A stretch of DNA of 64,000 bases from Thermoplasmata archaeon (lineage in GTDB: Archaea; Thermoplasmatota; Thermoplasmata; Lutacidiplasmatales; UBA184). The DNA is taken from contig JBAUYF010000027.1 in NCBI GenBank assembly GCA_049584655.1, positions 139,836 through 203,835 of the forward strand, read 5' to 3'. This document shows, piece after piece, positions 1-9,383 of this stretch (position 1 is its first letter; each line of letters starts with the position of its first letter). The position numbers and the translations under genes are program-made. The notes under the pieces were generated by a model. That model was not told where the DNA came from. It ran no database searches and saw only the letters and a program-made list of their open reading frames with translations.

Positions 1-39
1 GGCAGGAGTCGACCCGGTAACCATATACGGGTCCCCGCG

Positions 40-150
40 GTCGCGCTGCTCGCTGGGGGAGCTACCAGGCTGAGAGGGCGAGCATCGCTCGCCGACCCCA
101 CGAACCTGATCGGGGTAATGCCCGCGAAGGGAACGCGATGCAGCAACGCA
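40..150 (+). promoter_or_regulatory. TPP (THI-box) riboswitch in the 5' leader of the ABC transporter operon
   Basis: Conserved THI-element core read directly: CTGAGA (pos 70-75), a perfect variable P3 hairpin GGCGAGC-atc-GCTCGCC, ACCCC, and GAACCTGATCGGGGTAATGCCCGCGAAGGGAA. The last block matches the consensus GAACCUGAUCUGGAUAAUGCCAGCGUAGGGAA with compensatory changes. GGAGAGG lies immediately before the ATG at 179. Confidence 0.75.
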
Positions 151-178
151 ACGAACTCTCCGCCGGGAAGCGGAGAGG

Positions 179-1360
179 ATGAACTCGGCCCCAGAAAATC
201 TGCCGACCCCTCGCCGTCGGCGATTGATCCGGCCCGGGCGCTCCAGCCGGATTCTCATCGCGATCGCGATTGTGGTGGTGGTAGTCTTGGCCGGATATGG
301 CTTGGCGGAGTACGAATTGTTGAATCCTCCGAATGGGGAGCCCACTCTCACGATCTACACCTATCCGTCGCTATTGGGCGGCGTGGATTGCAGCTCGCCC
401 GTCGCGCCGGCCGTATTTGGAGCGTTCGAATCGGCGCATCACGTTCGATTGGTGGTCGAATGTCCCCCCGGCACCTTGTACAGTACTTTGGAGGAACAGA
501 AGGACGCCCCCGGGGCCGATTTGGTCATCGGCTTAGATGAGATCACGGCGGCTCAAGCCGACGCCGAGGGGCTGCTCGTCCCCTTTGTTAGCCCCCAGCT
601 GGTTAATGTTCCGCCGGCCCTTGTGAACGAACTCAGCGCGGACCACGCCGTGACGCCGTACGAATATGGTTACCTCGCGATCGACTACAACACCTCGTTC
701 GCGGCCGCCACCCGTGGCGCCATCGCGGCATCCGCCTTTCCGAGCTTCACGCAGAATACTTCCTGGGCTCGTCAGCTCTTGGTTGAGAATCCTACGACCG
801 ACATCACGGGGGAGGAGTTCTTGCTGTGGGAGATCGCGTTCTATTCCGAGATCCTCCACGAGCCCTGGCAAAATTGGTGGGAAGCCGTAGACCCTTACCT
901 CCCACCGCCGGCACCTGATTGGGGAACCGCCTTTGACGAGTTTACCTCCCCCCCGAATAATCCCGCGATGGTGGTCAGCTATTCGACGGATCCCGCATAC
1001 GCAGTCGCGAACGGAGCCGGGGGGTCCTACAACTCGACCGTATCGACTTGGAACGGTTCGTTCTACGGCTGGAAAACCCTCTACGGTATCGGGATCGTCC
1101 GCGGGACGACGCACCTGACCCTCGCCGAGGAGTTCATCGATTGGTTCCTCTCGGGCGCGGTTCAGAACGAAATTCCCACGAATGAGTGGGAGTACCCCGC
1201 GAACGACACTATCGGCCTGCCGAGCGCGTACAGCGCGGCGATCCCCCCGTCCTCGATCGTCGCGCTCAACGATGGTTTCCCGCAAACATCGATTGTCGCA
1301 AACTTGACTGGATGGCTGAACACATGGCAACAGATCGAGAATTCGTACGCGCCCGGGTGA
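179..1360 (+). CDS. thiB: ABC transporter substrate-binding protein (ThiB/FbpA-like periplasmic-binding fold) with N-terminal membrane anchor; predicted thiamine/HMP binding
   Basis: First gene of an SBP-permease-ATPase operon directly downstream of a TPP riboswitch. N-terminal TM segment LIAIAIVVVVVLAGYGL. Substrate assignment rests on the riboswitch. Confidence 0.65.
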   Translation: MNSAPENLPTPRRRRLIRPGRSSRILIAIAIVVVVVLAGYGLAEYELLNPPNGEPTLTIYTYPSLLGGVDCSSPVAPAVFGAFESAHHVRLVVECPPGTLYSTLEEQKDAPGADLVIGLDEITAAQADAEGLLVPFVSPQLVNVPPALVNELSADHAVTPYEYGYLAIDYNTSFAAATRGAIAASAFPSFTQNTSWARQLLVENPTTDITGEEFLLWEIAFYSEILHEPWQNWWEAVDPYLPPPAPDWGTAFDEFTSPPNNPAMVVSYSTDPAYAVANGAGGSYNSTVSTWNGSFYGWKTLYGIGIVRGTTHLTLAEEFIDWFLSGAVQNEIPTNEWEYPANDTIGLPSAYSAAIPPSSIVALNDGFPQTSIVANLTGWLNTWQQIENSYAPG

Positions 1361-2979
1361 CCTCTGGGCTACGGATCGGCACGTTCCTCTCGCCGCTCTT
1401 GTTGGTCGTTCTGCTCTTCGGCCTGCTTCCCCCGATTCTCCTGTTCCTATCGGGAGTCGATGCGATCGGCGGACTGGGTTCGGTCCCCGGGATCGTTCAA
1501 CAGCCGTTGAATCTCGATGCGTTCTCTAATTCTCTCGAACAGGGGGCGCTGAGCGCGGCCATTGCCGTCGCGGTCGGCTATCCCGCGGGCGTTTTCCTCG
1601 GTCGGTACGAATGGCCAGGACGCACGGCCATCCGTGGGTTTCTGCTGATTCCGTTCCTGCTCCCGACCGTCGTCGTTGTCCTGGGCATTCTCGATCTCTT
1701 TGGTACCAACGGAATCGCCACGCGTACGTGGCCCGCGCTGGCCGTGTTCCGGCGGGGAATCCCGGCGATCGTCGCGGCAAACCTGGTGTTCAACGTTTCG
1801 ATTGTAGTGCTCCTGACGGCGGTCGGAGTGGAGACGGCCTCCGGCCCTCTCGAAGATAGTGTCGCAACTTTGGGAGGAGGTCCCGTTCGCGCGTATCGGG
1901 AGGTTTGGGGGCCGCCCTCCTGGGTGGGAGCCGCCGCCGCCGGTCTCCTTACTTTCATTTTCTCGGCACTCTCCTTCGCACCGCCGCTGCTCCTCTGTGG
2001 CGCTCGCTGCTACACCTTAGAAGCGCGCGTCTGGTGGCTCGACTATACGCTGGGCGACGCAACCACTTCCGCCGTTCTCGCTTTCGTCATGGTGCTACTC
2101 CTGGTACTCCCGACCGGCGGCTACCTCTACTTGGTCGGAAGGCTCCGCGCCCGGACGGATCCCCAAGCGGTCCAGCCGCGGCCATTTCCAAGACGATCGG
2201 TGTTCGCTTGGGGCCTGCTCGTGGAGACGGTGCTCGTCGTCACCGGCGTTGGGATTCTTCTTGCGGCCCTGCTCGATCGCGCGTTCGTGTCACCGTCCGG
2301 GAGTGCATCGCTCGCGGGTTGGAGCGACCTCTTCGGAGGTCATACGACCGCCGTCCTGGGAATCAGTATTGTAGGAACAGTCGAGAACACCCTCTTCTTT
2401 GCAACGTCCGGCGCGGTGATCGTACTCCTCTTGGCGATCAGCGCCGGATACGTGCTCGCCGGTCGCTCCCGGCTTGGCCGCTCGCTCCGCTTCTATCTCT
2501 TCTTGCCGCTGCTCTTCTCTCCCGTAGTCGTCGCGTTCGGATTGGCCAGCTTCTGGCGGCCGATTCTAGGTGGAGAATCGATGGTATGGGTCTTGATCAT
2601 CTTGAGTCAGACGACCCTGGCCCTACCATTCGCTCTACAGAGCCTGGAACTTCCGCTGCGTCGATTGACGCCGACGCTGCGCGAATCAGCGCGAGTCTTG
2701 GGAGCACCCCCCTGGATCGGTTACGTGGATGCGGATCTACCGCGCGCAAGATCGGGGCTTTTCACGGCGGCGTTGTTCGCCTTTGCCTTTTGTCTGGGCG
2801 AATTCACCGCGACGTATTTTCTGGTGACGCCCAATTTCACCACCCTTCCCGTCGCAGTCTACAATTTGCAGAGCGTCCGCCTAGATACGGTGTCCAATGC
2901 GGCGGCGGGGCTGTTGATCCTGGTGAGCGGGGCAGTCTTCGCGCTCCTACTCGCGGGAGGTCGGCGTGTCGAATTCTGA
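1357..2979 (+). CDS. thiP: ABC transporter permease with two fused transmembrane domains (ThiP/FbpB type)
   Basis: About 540 aa polytopic protein with duplicated permease domains. The in-frame GTG at 1357 overlaps the SBP stop (GTGA). The ORF-track start at 1186 overlaps the SBP and is probably over-extended. Confidence 0.75.
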   Translation: MTSGLRIGTFLSPLLLVVLLFGLLPPILLFLSGVDAIGGLGSVPGIVQQPLNLDAFSNSLEQGALSAAIAVAVGYPAGVFLGRYEWPGRTAIRGFLLIPFLLPTVVVVLGILDLFGTNGIATRTWPALAVFRRGIPAIVAANLVFNVSIVVLLTAVGVETASGPLEDSVATLGGGPVRAYREVWGPPSWVGAAAAGLLTFIFSALSFAPPLLLCGARCYTLEARVWWLDYTLGDATTSAVLAFVMVLLLVLPTGGYLYLVGRLRARTDPQAVQPRPFPRRSVFAWGLLVETVLVVTGVGILLAALLDRAFVSPSGSASLAGWSDLFGGHTTAVLGISIVGTVENTLFFATSGAVIVLLLAISAGYVLAGRSRLGRSLRFYLFLPLLFSPVVVAFGLASFWRPILGGESMVWVLIILSQTTLALPFALQSLELPLRRLTPTLRESARVLGAPPWIGYVDADLPRARSGLFTAALFAFAFCLGEFTATYFLVTPNFTTLPVAVYNLQSVRLDTVSNAAAGLLILVSGAVFALLLAGGRRVEF

Positions 2980-3928
2980 ACCCCTCCTCGTCGTAGACGG
3001 CCTAGGAGCCTCTTGGGGGCAGACTCCCGTGCTGACTCAGATCTCATTCACGGTCCATGCAGGGGAATTCTTGGTGCTCATGGGTCCCAACGGGAGCGGC
3101 AAGACGACGCTGCTCCGATGCCTCGCGGGGCTCGAGACGCCTCGCTCGGGCTCGATCCGACTTCGCGGGACCGAAATCACGAGGATCCCCACGCATCGAC
3201 GCGGGATTGGAATGCTCTTTCAGGAAGCGGCCCTGTTTCCGCGTCGCTCTGTCTGGGAGAATATCGCCTACGGACCACTCCTGCAACGGCTGCCTCCCGC
3301 TACGATCGAAGCACGCGTGCAAGAGACCGTCGCACTGCTACATCTGGAAGCGCTCGAAGACCGAGATCCCGCTACACTTTCCGGCGGCGAGCGTCAGCGG
3401 GTGGCGCTGGCTCGCACTTTGGCGGCGCGACCCTCGCTCGTGCTCCTCGACGAACCGTTCGCCTCGATCGACGCGGAAATCCGAACGGTCCTGCGAACCG
3501 ACTTCCGAAGGGTACTTTCTCGATTGGGGATGGCGGCGATTCACGTGACGCATGATCGAGAGGAGGGGCTCTACTTGGGCGATCGCGTGGCGGTCCTGCT
3601 CGACGGGGCACTGCGGCAGCTCGGTAGCTCCAGGGAAGTCTTCGAAAATCCCAGCGACCAGTCCGTCGCCCGCTTTCTGGGCTACAACGTGATCACATCG
3701 AAGGGGAGAGTATTCGCTGTCCACCCGAGGGAAGTCCGGTGGTCTGCGGACGCAACCCAGGGTACTCCGGCGCACGTAGTCGCCACTGGATTTACTGGGG
3801 ACGGATTTGTCGTGGAACTGCAGGGAGACTCCGGCGAGAGGACCGAAATGCAGCTTACACCCTCCGAACCCGCGCCGGCGATCGGGGCGAAGGTAGGTCT
3901 TACCTGGGCTCATTCGATTCCGCTGTAA
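2966..3928 (+). CDS. thiQ: ABC transporter ATP-binding protein with C-terminal TOBE-like domain
   Basis: Walker A GPNGSGKTT, ABC signature LSGGERQRVALAR, Walker B LLDEPFASID, H-loop VTHD. GTG start at 2966 overlaps the permease stop. Confidence 0.8.
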   Translation: MSNSEPLLVVDGLGASWGQTPVLTQISFTVHAGEFLVLMGPNGSGKTTLLRCLAGLETPRSGSIRLRGTEITRIPTHRRGIGMLFQEAALFPRRSVWENIAYGPLLQRLPPATIEARVQETVALLHLEALEDRDPATLSGGERQRVALARTLAARPSLVLLDEPFASIDAEIRTVLRTDFRRVLSRLGMAAIHVTHDREEGLYLGDRVAVLLDGALRQLGSSREVFENPSDQSVARFLGYNVITSKGRVFAVHPREVRWSADATQGTPAHVVATGFTGDGFVVELQGDSGERTEMQLTPSEPAPAIGAKVGLTWAHSIPL

Positions 3929-4098
3929 GTGGAATTACTTCGGACGAGACCAGGGCACAACGAACGTGTCGAGAGTTTGGATCGAGAAGCTTACCGGCTC
4001 GGAGCCTTTCTCGGTGAAGGGCCCCGACAGAAACCTTCGTTCCAACGCGCCCGGAAGGGGCCGCAGAGCCCAAGAAGGGCTGCTTTCTCTCCCCGCGC

Positions 4099-6855
4099 AT
4101 GAACGCTTCTGACCCCCTGGGAGTCCGGGATCAGGTACCGCTGGGCTCCACTGCCGCGACCGTCTACCGCTTAGACCGACTGGACGGCGTCGATCGAGCC
4201 GCGTTCGACCGCCGCCCCCGAACTATCCGGATCCTGCTCGAGAACCTGCTACGGCACTACGACTCAAAGCAGACCGAGGTCGCCACGCTCCGGGCGCTTG
4301 CCAACGGAACGAAACTATCTTCCGAAACCGAGATCCCGTTCTACCCCGGTCGCGTCCTGTTACAGGACTTCACGGGGCTCCCCGTTCTCGTTGATCTCAC
4401 TACGCTCCGATCCGCCGCAGCCGCCCGGGGATTACCTCCAGGCAGGGTCAATCCGATCGTGCCTGTCGATCTGGTGGTCGACCATTCCGTCCAGGTGGAC
4501 AGCTATGGGTCTGTCCGCTCGCTCGCCGTGAACTTGGACCGAGAGTACGAACGAAACTCGGAGCGCTACCAATTCCTTCGATGGTCGAAAGGCGCGTACC
4601 AAAACCTGCGAATCGTCCCCCCCGGGAACGGCATCGTGCATCAAGTGAACCTCGAACATCTCGCCCAAGTGGTGACCTTGCACGGGGCGAACGGGAACTC
4701 CATCGCGTATCCGGATACTCTGATCGGGACCGATTCACATTCAACGATGGTCAACGGCGTTAGCGTCCTGGGATGGGGCGTCGGCGGGATCGAAGCCGAG
4801 GCGGTGATGCTGGGCGAACCGTATTTTCTGGCACCGCCCGAAGTCGTGGGAGTCGAGCTAAGCGGAAGCTTGCCCGAAGGAGCGACCGCCACAGATCTCG
4901 TCCTCACGGTCACGCGCGCCCTTCGAAAGAAGGGGGTCGTCGACAAGTTCGTAGAATTCACGGGACCAGGGGTTGCCCATCTGACCGTCCCGGATCGCGC
5001 GACGATCTCGAACATGTGTCCCGAGTACGGGGCGACCTCGGCGATGTTCCCGATCGATGAAGCCACTCTCGCATATCTCACGGGAACGGGTCGCGATCCG
5101 CACCTCGTGAGGCGCGTAGAGGCCTACGCGCGCTTGCAGGGATTGTGGGGTACGCGTCCCGTCGGGGAGTTGAAGTTCGATGATGTGCTTCACATCGACC
5201 TCGGATCGATCGTCCCGACGGTGTCGGGCCCCAAGAATCCGGAAGAGAGTGTTGGACTTTCCGAGGCGCCCACTTCGTTCCGCTCCGCCCTAGCAGCGTA
5301 CCGAAAGAGCCACCCTCGGACGACCGAAACGCGGCAGCAGGACTATCCGTCGGACGATCTCTTGCAGCCGTTCAACGGCCCCCGACCGCCCGTGCCGTCC
5401 GGTCAGTTGCCATCCGGCGTTCCCGTGCAGGATGGCGCGGTCGTGATCGCGGCGATCACGAGCTGCACGAATACTTCGAATCCTTCTGTCATGATTGGCG
5501 CCGGGCTGATCGCTCGCCGAGCGTGGGAGTTGGGACTCAAAGTGCCCCCCTACGTCAAGACCTCCCTTGCGCCCGGATCGAAGGTGGTCACTGCGTACTT
5601 GGAAAAGGCTGGTCTCCTCGCTCCCTTGGCAGATTTGGGGTTTGACATCGTGGGGTACGGTTGCACCACTTGTATCGGGAACTCTGGCCCCCTTCCTCCG
5701 GCCGTCGCGGCTAGCATCGTGAACGACGATACGTTTGTCGCGGCGGTGTTGAGCGGCAATCGAAACTTCGAGGCGCGAATCCACAACCTCGTACGGGCGA
5801 ACTATCTGATGTCACCGATGTTGGTCGTGGCGTATGCGCTGGCCGGCCGAATGGATATCGACCTGACACGCGAGCCGCTGGGCAAAGCCAAGGACGGTCG
5901 TGCGATCTATCTCAAGGACTTGTGGCCTCGCGCGGAAGAGATCCGACACTTAGTGGAGCAGAACCTCGACGCCAGCATGTATCGGGACAAGTACCGCGCT
6001 ATCGAGGTGGGCGACGAGCACTGGGAGGCTCTCCAGGTCCCTCCCGGCGAACTCTACCCGTGGGATCCACAATCCACGTACATCCAGGAAGCCCCGTACC
6101 TGCACTTGCCTCTACCCTGGCTCCCGCAACACGGCGTTCTGATTCAGAAGGCGCGCGTCCTCGGAGTCTTTGGCGACCAGATCTCCACGGACCATATCTC
6201 GCCCGCCGGCGAGATCCCCGCCGACACTCCCGCCGGACAATTCCTCGCCGCGCATGGGGTCGCGGCCGCCGAATTCAACACCTATGGCTCGCGGCGAGGG
6301 GACCACGACGTCATGATCCGAGGAACCTTCGCGAACGTGCGGATCAAGAACCAGTTGGTCGCGCCACGCGAAGGCGGATTTACGATCCATGTCCCGTCGG
6401 GAACAACGGGAACGATCTTCGAGATCGCCGAACGATACCGAGCTGAGGGAACGCCCCTCCTCGTCCTCGCCGGGCGCAACTACGGGCAAGGAAGTTCGCG
6501 TGATTGGGCGGCGAAGGGCCCCCGCCTCTTGGGCGTGGGCGCCGTGATCGCGGAGTCGTACGAACGCATCCATCGAAGCAATCTGATCGATATGGGAGTT
6601 TTGCCGCTACAATTCCGTCCCGGAGAAGGGTGGCGACAATTGGACCTCACCGGACGTGAGACGTACCGGCTCGCCCTCGCGCCCGATTCCGAACTAGGCC
6701 CGAACGTGCCCGTCCACGTTGTGGCGATGATTGACGGAGAATCGACCCCGAAGACGTTCACGGTCGATTGCCGACTCCACTCGGCGATCGAGCTCGAGTA
6801 CTATCGGGGGGGTGGAGTTCTCCCGTTCGTCATGGAACGTCGGTTTGGCCGATAA
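4099..6855 (+). CDS. acnA: aconitate hydratase A (918 aa)
   Basis: Aconitase family motifs SCTNTSNP, GYGCTTCIGNSG, SGNRNFEARIH. Full-length AcnA/IRP type. Confidence 0.9.
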   Translation: MNASDPLGVRDQVPLGSTAATVYRLDRLDGVDRAAFDRRPRTIRILLENLLRHYDSKQTEVATLRALANGTKLSSETEIPFYPGRVLLQDFTGLPVLVDLTTLRSAAAARGLPPGRVNPIVPVDLVVDHSVQVDSYGSVRSLAVNLDREYERNSERYQFLRWSKGAYQNLRIVPPGNGIVHQVNLEHLAQVVTLHGANGNSIAYPDTLIGTDSHSTMVNGVSVLGWGVGGIEAEAVMLGEPYFLAPPEVVGVELSGSLPEGATATDLVLTVTRALRKKGVVDKFVEFTGPGVAHLTVPDRATISNMCPEYGATSAMFPIDEATLAYLTGTGRDPHLVRRVEAYARLQGLWGTRPVGELKFDDVLHIDLGSIVPTVSGPKNPEESVGLSEAPTSFRSALAAYRKSHPRTTETRQQDYPSDDLLQPFNGPRPPVPSGQLPSGVPVQDGAVVIAAITSCTNTSNPSVMIGAGLIARRAWELGLKVPPYVKTSLAPGSKVVTAYLEKAGLLAPLADLGFDIVGYGCTTCIGNSGPLPPAVAASIVNDDTFVAAVLSGNRNFEARIHNLVRANYLMSPMLVVAYALAGRMDIDLTREPLGKAKDGRAIYLKDLWPRAEEIRHLVEQNLDASMYRDKYRAIEVGDEHWEALQVPPGELYPWDPQSTYIQEAPYLHLPLPWLPQHGVLIQKARVLGVFGDQISTDHISPAGEIPADTPAGQFLAAHGVAAAEFNTYGSRRGDHDVMIRGTFANVRIKNQLVAPREGGFTIHVPSGTTGTIFEIAERYRAEGTPLLVLAGRNYGQGSSRDWAAKGPRLLGVGAVIAESYERIHRSNLIDMGVLPLQFRPGEGWRQLDLTGRETYRLALAPDSELGPNVPVHVVAMIDGESTPKTFTVDCRLHSAIELEYYRGGGVLPFVMERRFGR

Positions 6856-6983
6856 ACGGGGGAATTACCCGAGTCCTCGGCCCTGCGGGCTCGCCCAATG
6901 GAGGGGTCACGGCCGCCCCCTCCGTTGTTACGATTTTAGAAAACAGCATAACTATTTGTAGCCCGTCCGTGGTTCGCCGCTGA

Positions 6984-8135
6984 ATGAGTTCTTCACTACC
7001 GCCGACCTCGGGACCGGGCGATCTCAACCTCACCCGGCGCGAGAAGTTCCAGATGACGGTGCTCTACGCCGCGATTCTGCTCGCGACGGTCGGAGCGTTC
7101 GCGCTCGCCTTCTTTTACCTCCCTCACAGCCTCCCGAAAGGGGACGGGGTGGCAGGCGGCGGATTGCTCTTCACGGGGCTGGCGATCACCGCCTACATTC
7201 TCGGAATTCGTCACGGATTTGATGCCGACCATATCGCCGCGATCGACAACACAACGCGTAAACTCCTGAATGACGGCGAGCGCCCGCTCACCGTGGGGAC
7301 CTGGTTCTCTCTCGGTCACTCCACGATCGTGTCGGGGATGGTCGTGGGGCTGGTCGTGGCCGCCGAGTTCATTCAGCGCCAGTACAACACCTTCGCGTCC
7401 GTCGGCGCCGTTCTGGGAACGCTCATCTCCGGCGCCTTTCTGTTTATCATCGGTCTCGTCAACGTGATTATTGTTGTCGAGGTCTACCGGATCTTCAAAG
7501 GACTCAAGAACCGAGAGCTCGACCAGAAGGCGCTCGACGCGCAGATGGAAAAGCGCGGGTTCCTCTATCGCTACTTTGGCAAGCTGTTCAAGATCATCAA
7601 GAAGCCGTGGCAGATCTATCCGATTGGGGTCCTCTTCGGCCTCGGCTTCGACACTGCGACGGAGGTGTTGCTGATCGGGATCGCGGTCGTGGTGGCGACC
7701 TCGGGCTCGATCCCGCTGTGGGCTGTCCTGATCTTGCCGCTCTTGTTCACCTGTGGGATGGTGCTCTCCGACACCACGGACGGATTTGCCATGCGCTACG
7801 CGTATGGGTGGGCGTTCCTCAAACCGATCCGCAAGATCTACTACAACCTTACCTTGACGATCATCTCCGTCCTCGTCGCGTTCGTCATCGGGGGCGTAGA
7901 GCTGTTGCAGGTCACGTCGTCCGAGCTCGGCTGGGGCGGCCCGTTCTGGAACTGGCTCAACGGCCTCGATTTTGAAACGCTGGGCTTCGGGATCGTGATC
8001 CTATTCCTTGGGGCGTGGCTGTTGGCGATGGCGATCTACCGGATCAAGCGCTACGAGGACGTCGGATTCGGTCCCGAGCCCACGCCACCGAACCCGCCCG
8101 GACCGGGGGCCGGCCGACTCCCGTCCGAATCGTGA
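6984..8135 (+). CDS. NiCoT family nickel/cobalt high-affinity transporter (HoxN/NixA type)
   Basis: Signature HGFDADHIAAIDNTTRK and LGHSTIVS, with eight predicted TM helices. Confidence 0.85.
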   Translation: MSSSLPPTSGPGDLNLTRREKFQMTVLYAAILLATVGAFALAFFYLPHSLPKGDGVAGGGLLFTGLAITAYILGIRHGFDADHIAAIDNTTRKLLNDGERPLTVGTWFSLGHSTIVSGMVVGLVVAAEFIQRQYNTFASVGAVLGTLISGAFLFIIGLVNVIIVVEVYRIFKGLKNRELDQKALDAQMEKRGFLYRYFGKLFKIIKKPWQIYPIGVLFGLGFDTATEVLLIGIAVVVATSGSIPLWAVLILPLLFTCGMVLSDTTDGFAMRYAYGWAFLKPIRKIYYNLTLTIISVLVAFVIGGVELLQVTSSELGWGGPFWNWLNGLDFETLGFGIVILFLGAWLLAMAIYRIKRYEDVGFGPEPTPPNPPGPGAGRLPSES

Positions 8136-8578
8136 CGCGACGCGTCGTGCGACTCGGGATCTCGATCGAACCCGAGTTGTTGAAGCATCTCGACCGGTGG
8201 GTGCAGGAACGGAACTCCTCCAGCCGGTCCGACGCCCTTCGTGCGATCATTCGGAAAGAGCTCACGCGTGAGGAACTAGGCGACCCGGAGGCGGACGCGG
8301 TTTCGTGCGTGACGCTTCTCTACCGGCATAACGCCCCGAACGTCTTACGACGCTTGGCCGCGGCGCAGCATCGGTGGGGGGACCACATTCGGTTCTCGGG
8401 TCACATCCACCTGCAAGGCAACTCGTGCATGGAAGTCATCGCGCTCGTCGGGAAACGACGCGAGATCGTGCAAGCCGCCGAAGACTTGCGAGGAGTGAAG
8501 GGAGTGGCCGTGGGGGACTATTCTCTCACCTCTCCCGCGGTCATCGGAGGGCGTACCGGTCATCGGCATCCTCACTAG
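8132..8578 (+). CDS. nikR: nickel-responsive transcriptional regulator NikR
   Basis: N-terminal ribbon-helix-helix (RLGISIEPELLKHLDRWV...SRSDALRAIIRKEL) and a C-terminal nickel-binding domain with HxxxH...HIHLQGNSCMEVIALVG. The GTG start overlaps the NiCoT stop (GTGA). Ends with TAG. Confidence 0.8.
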   Translation: MTRRVVRLGISIEPELLKHLDRWVQERNSSSRSDALRAIIRKELTREELGDPEADAVSCVTLLYRHNAPNVLRRLAAAQHRWGDHIRFSGHIHLQGNSCMEVIALVGKRREIVQAAEDLRGVKGVAVGDYSLTSPAVIGGRTGHRHPH

Positions 8579-8680
8579 GGCAGGCTCGACGATGCCGGGG
8601 GGTCGCGTACAGGCATCGGCGCTCTCCCTTCCGATCGAGGAACCAAATCGTCTTCTCTTCGGCAGCCTCCAACTTGTATC

Positions 8681-9289
8681 GTGACCGCGTTGGACGAGAT
8701 CCGCCCGAAGGTTCGATTCTTTGAAGGGCCGGAGCACCTGCGCGCGTGGTTTGAGCACCATCACGCTACTGCGACGGAGCTCTGGATTGGATATTTCAAG
8801 AGGGGGGCTTCTCGCACCGGGCTGAGCTACCTTCAGGCGGTCGAAGAGGCGCTTTGCTTCGGCTGGATTGATGGGCAAGTACGCTCGCTCGACGCGACGA
8901 GTTACACGAATCGGTATACCCCACGACGCACCGGGAGTCCCTGGAGCCAAGTAAACATCGCCAAAGTGCGGGAGCTGACCGCGCGGGGGAGAATGCACAC
9001 CTCGGGCCTTACGGCGTTCGCGGCCCGCGATCCTCAGAAACGCGCCGGCTACACCTTCGAGGAGCCCGCGAAGGTTTTCGACGCCGCGCTGCTGCATGAA
9101 TTCCACCGATCCCCGACCGGCTGGCGGTTCTTCTCTTCCCAGGCTCCCTCGTATCGGCGAACGGTCAGGTTTTGGGTGATGAACGGTCGACGCAGCGAGA
9201 CTCGCTCAAGGCGTCTACAGATTGTCATCGACGCTTCCCGGAGAGGGGAGAGGATCGACCTTCTCGCGCCCGGTCGGCGAAAACAGTGA
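8681..9289 (+). CDS. YdeI/OmpD-associated (OmdA) family protein
   Basis: About 200 aa protein with a family-typical N-terminus (FEGPEHLRAWFEHHHATATELWIGYFKR...LCFGWIDG). GTG start. Confidence 0.55.
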   Translation: MTALDEIRPKVRFFEGPEHLRAWFEHHHATATELWIGYFKRGASRTGLSYLQAVEEALCFGWIDGQVRSLDATSYTNRYTPRRTGSPWSQVNIAKVRELTARGRMHTSGLTAFAARDPQKRAGYTFEEPAKVFDAALLHEFHRSPTGWRFFSSQAPSYRRTVRFWVMNGRRSETRSRRLQIVIDASRRGERIDLLAPGRRKQ

Positions 9290-9312
9290 CTCGAAGTTGC
9301 TCGCTGAGAGCG

Positions 9313-9335
9313 GATTCTACCCCGTTCTTGTAGAA
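9313..9335. terminator. hairpin between convergent genes (ATTCTAC-N9-GTAGAAT)
   Basis: Perfect 7-bp inverted repeat with 9-nt loop in the 94-nt gap between convergent YdeI-like and MFS genes. No oligo-T tract directly follows, so this is only a candidate. Confidence 0.35.
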
Positions 9336-9383
9336 TGAGCGGGCACAGACGGAAATGTGCGTCCCTTTCGGGCGGGAATTGGA

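Noticed and set aside
533-1330. Long antisense or out-of-frame ORFs throughout the track (for example 533..1330-, 8345..9106-, 21350..22447+, 23017..24093+, 25708..26415-, 29111..30013-, 30312..31025-, 56552..57580-, 62250..62912-)
   Set aside because: They are Arg/Gly/Pro/Ser-rich with no domain signatures and lie opposite or out of frame to strongly supported genes. Open frames are expected in 66% GC DNA.
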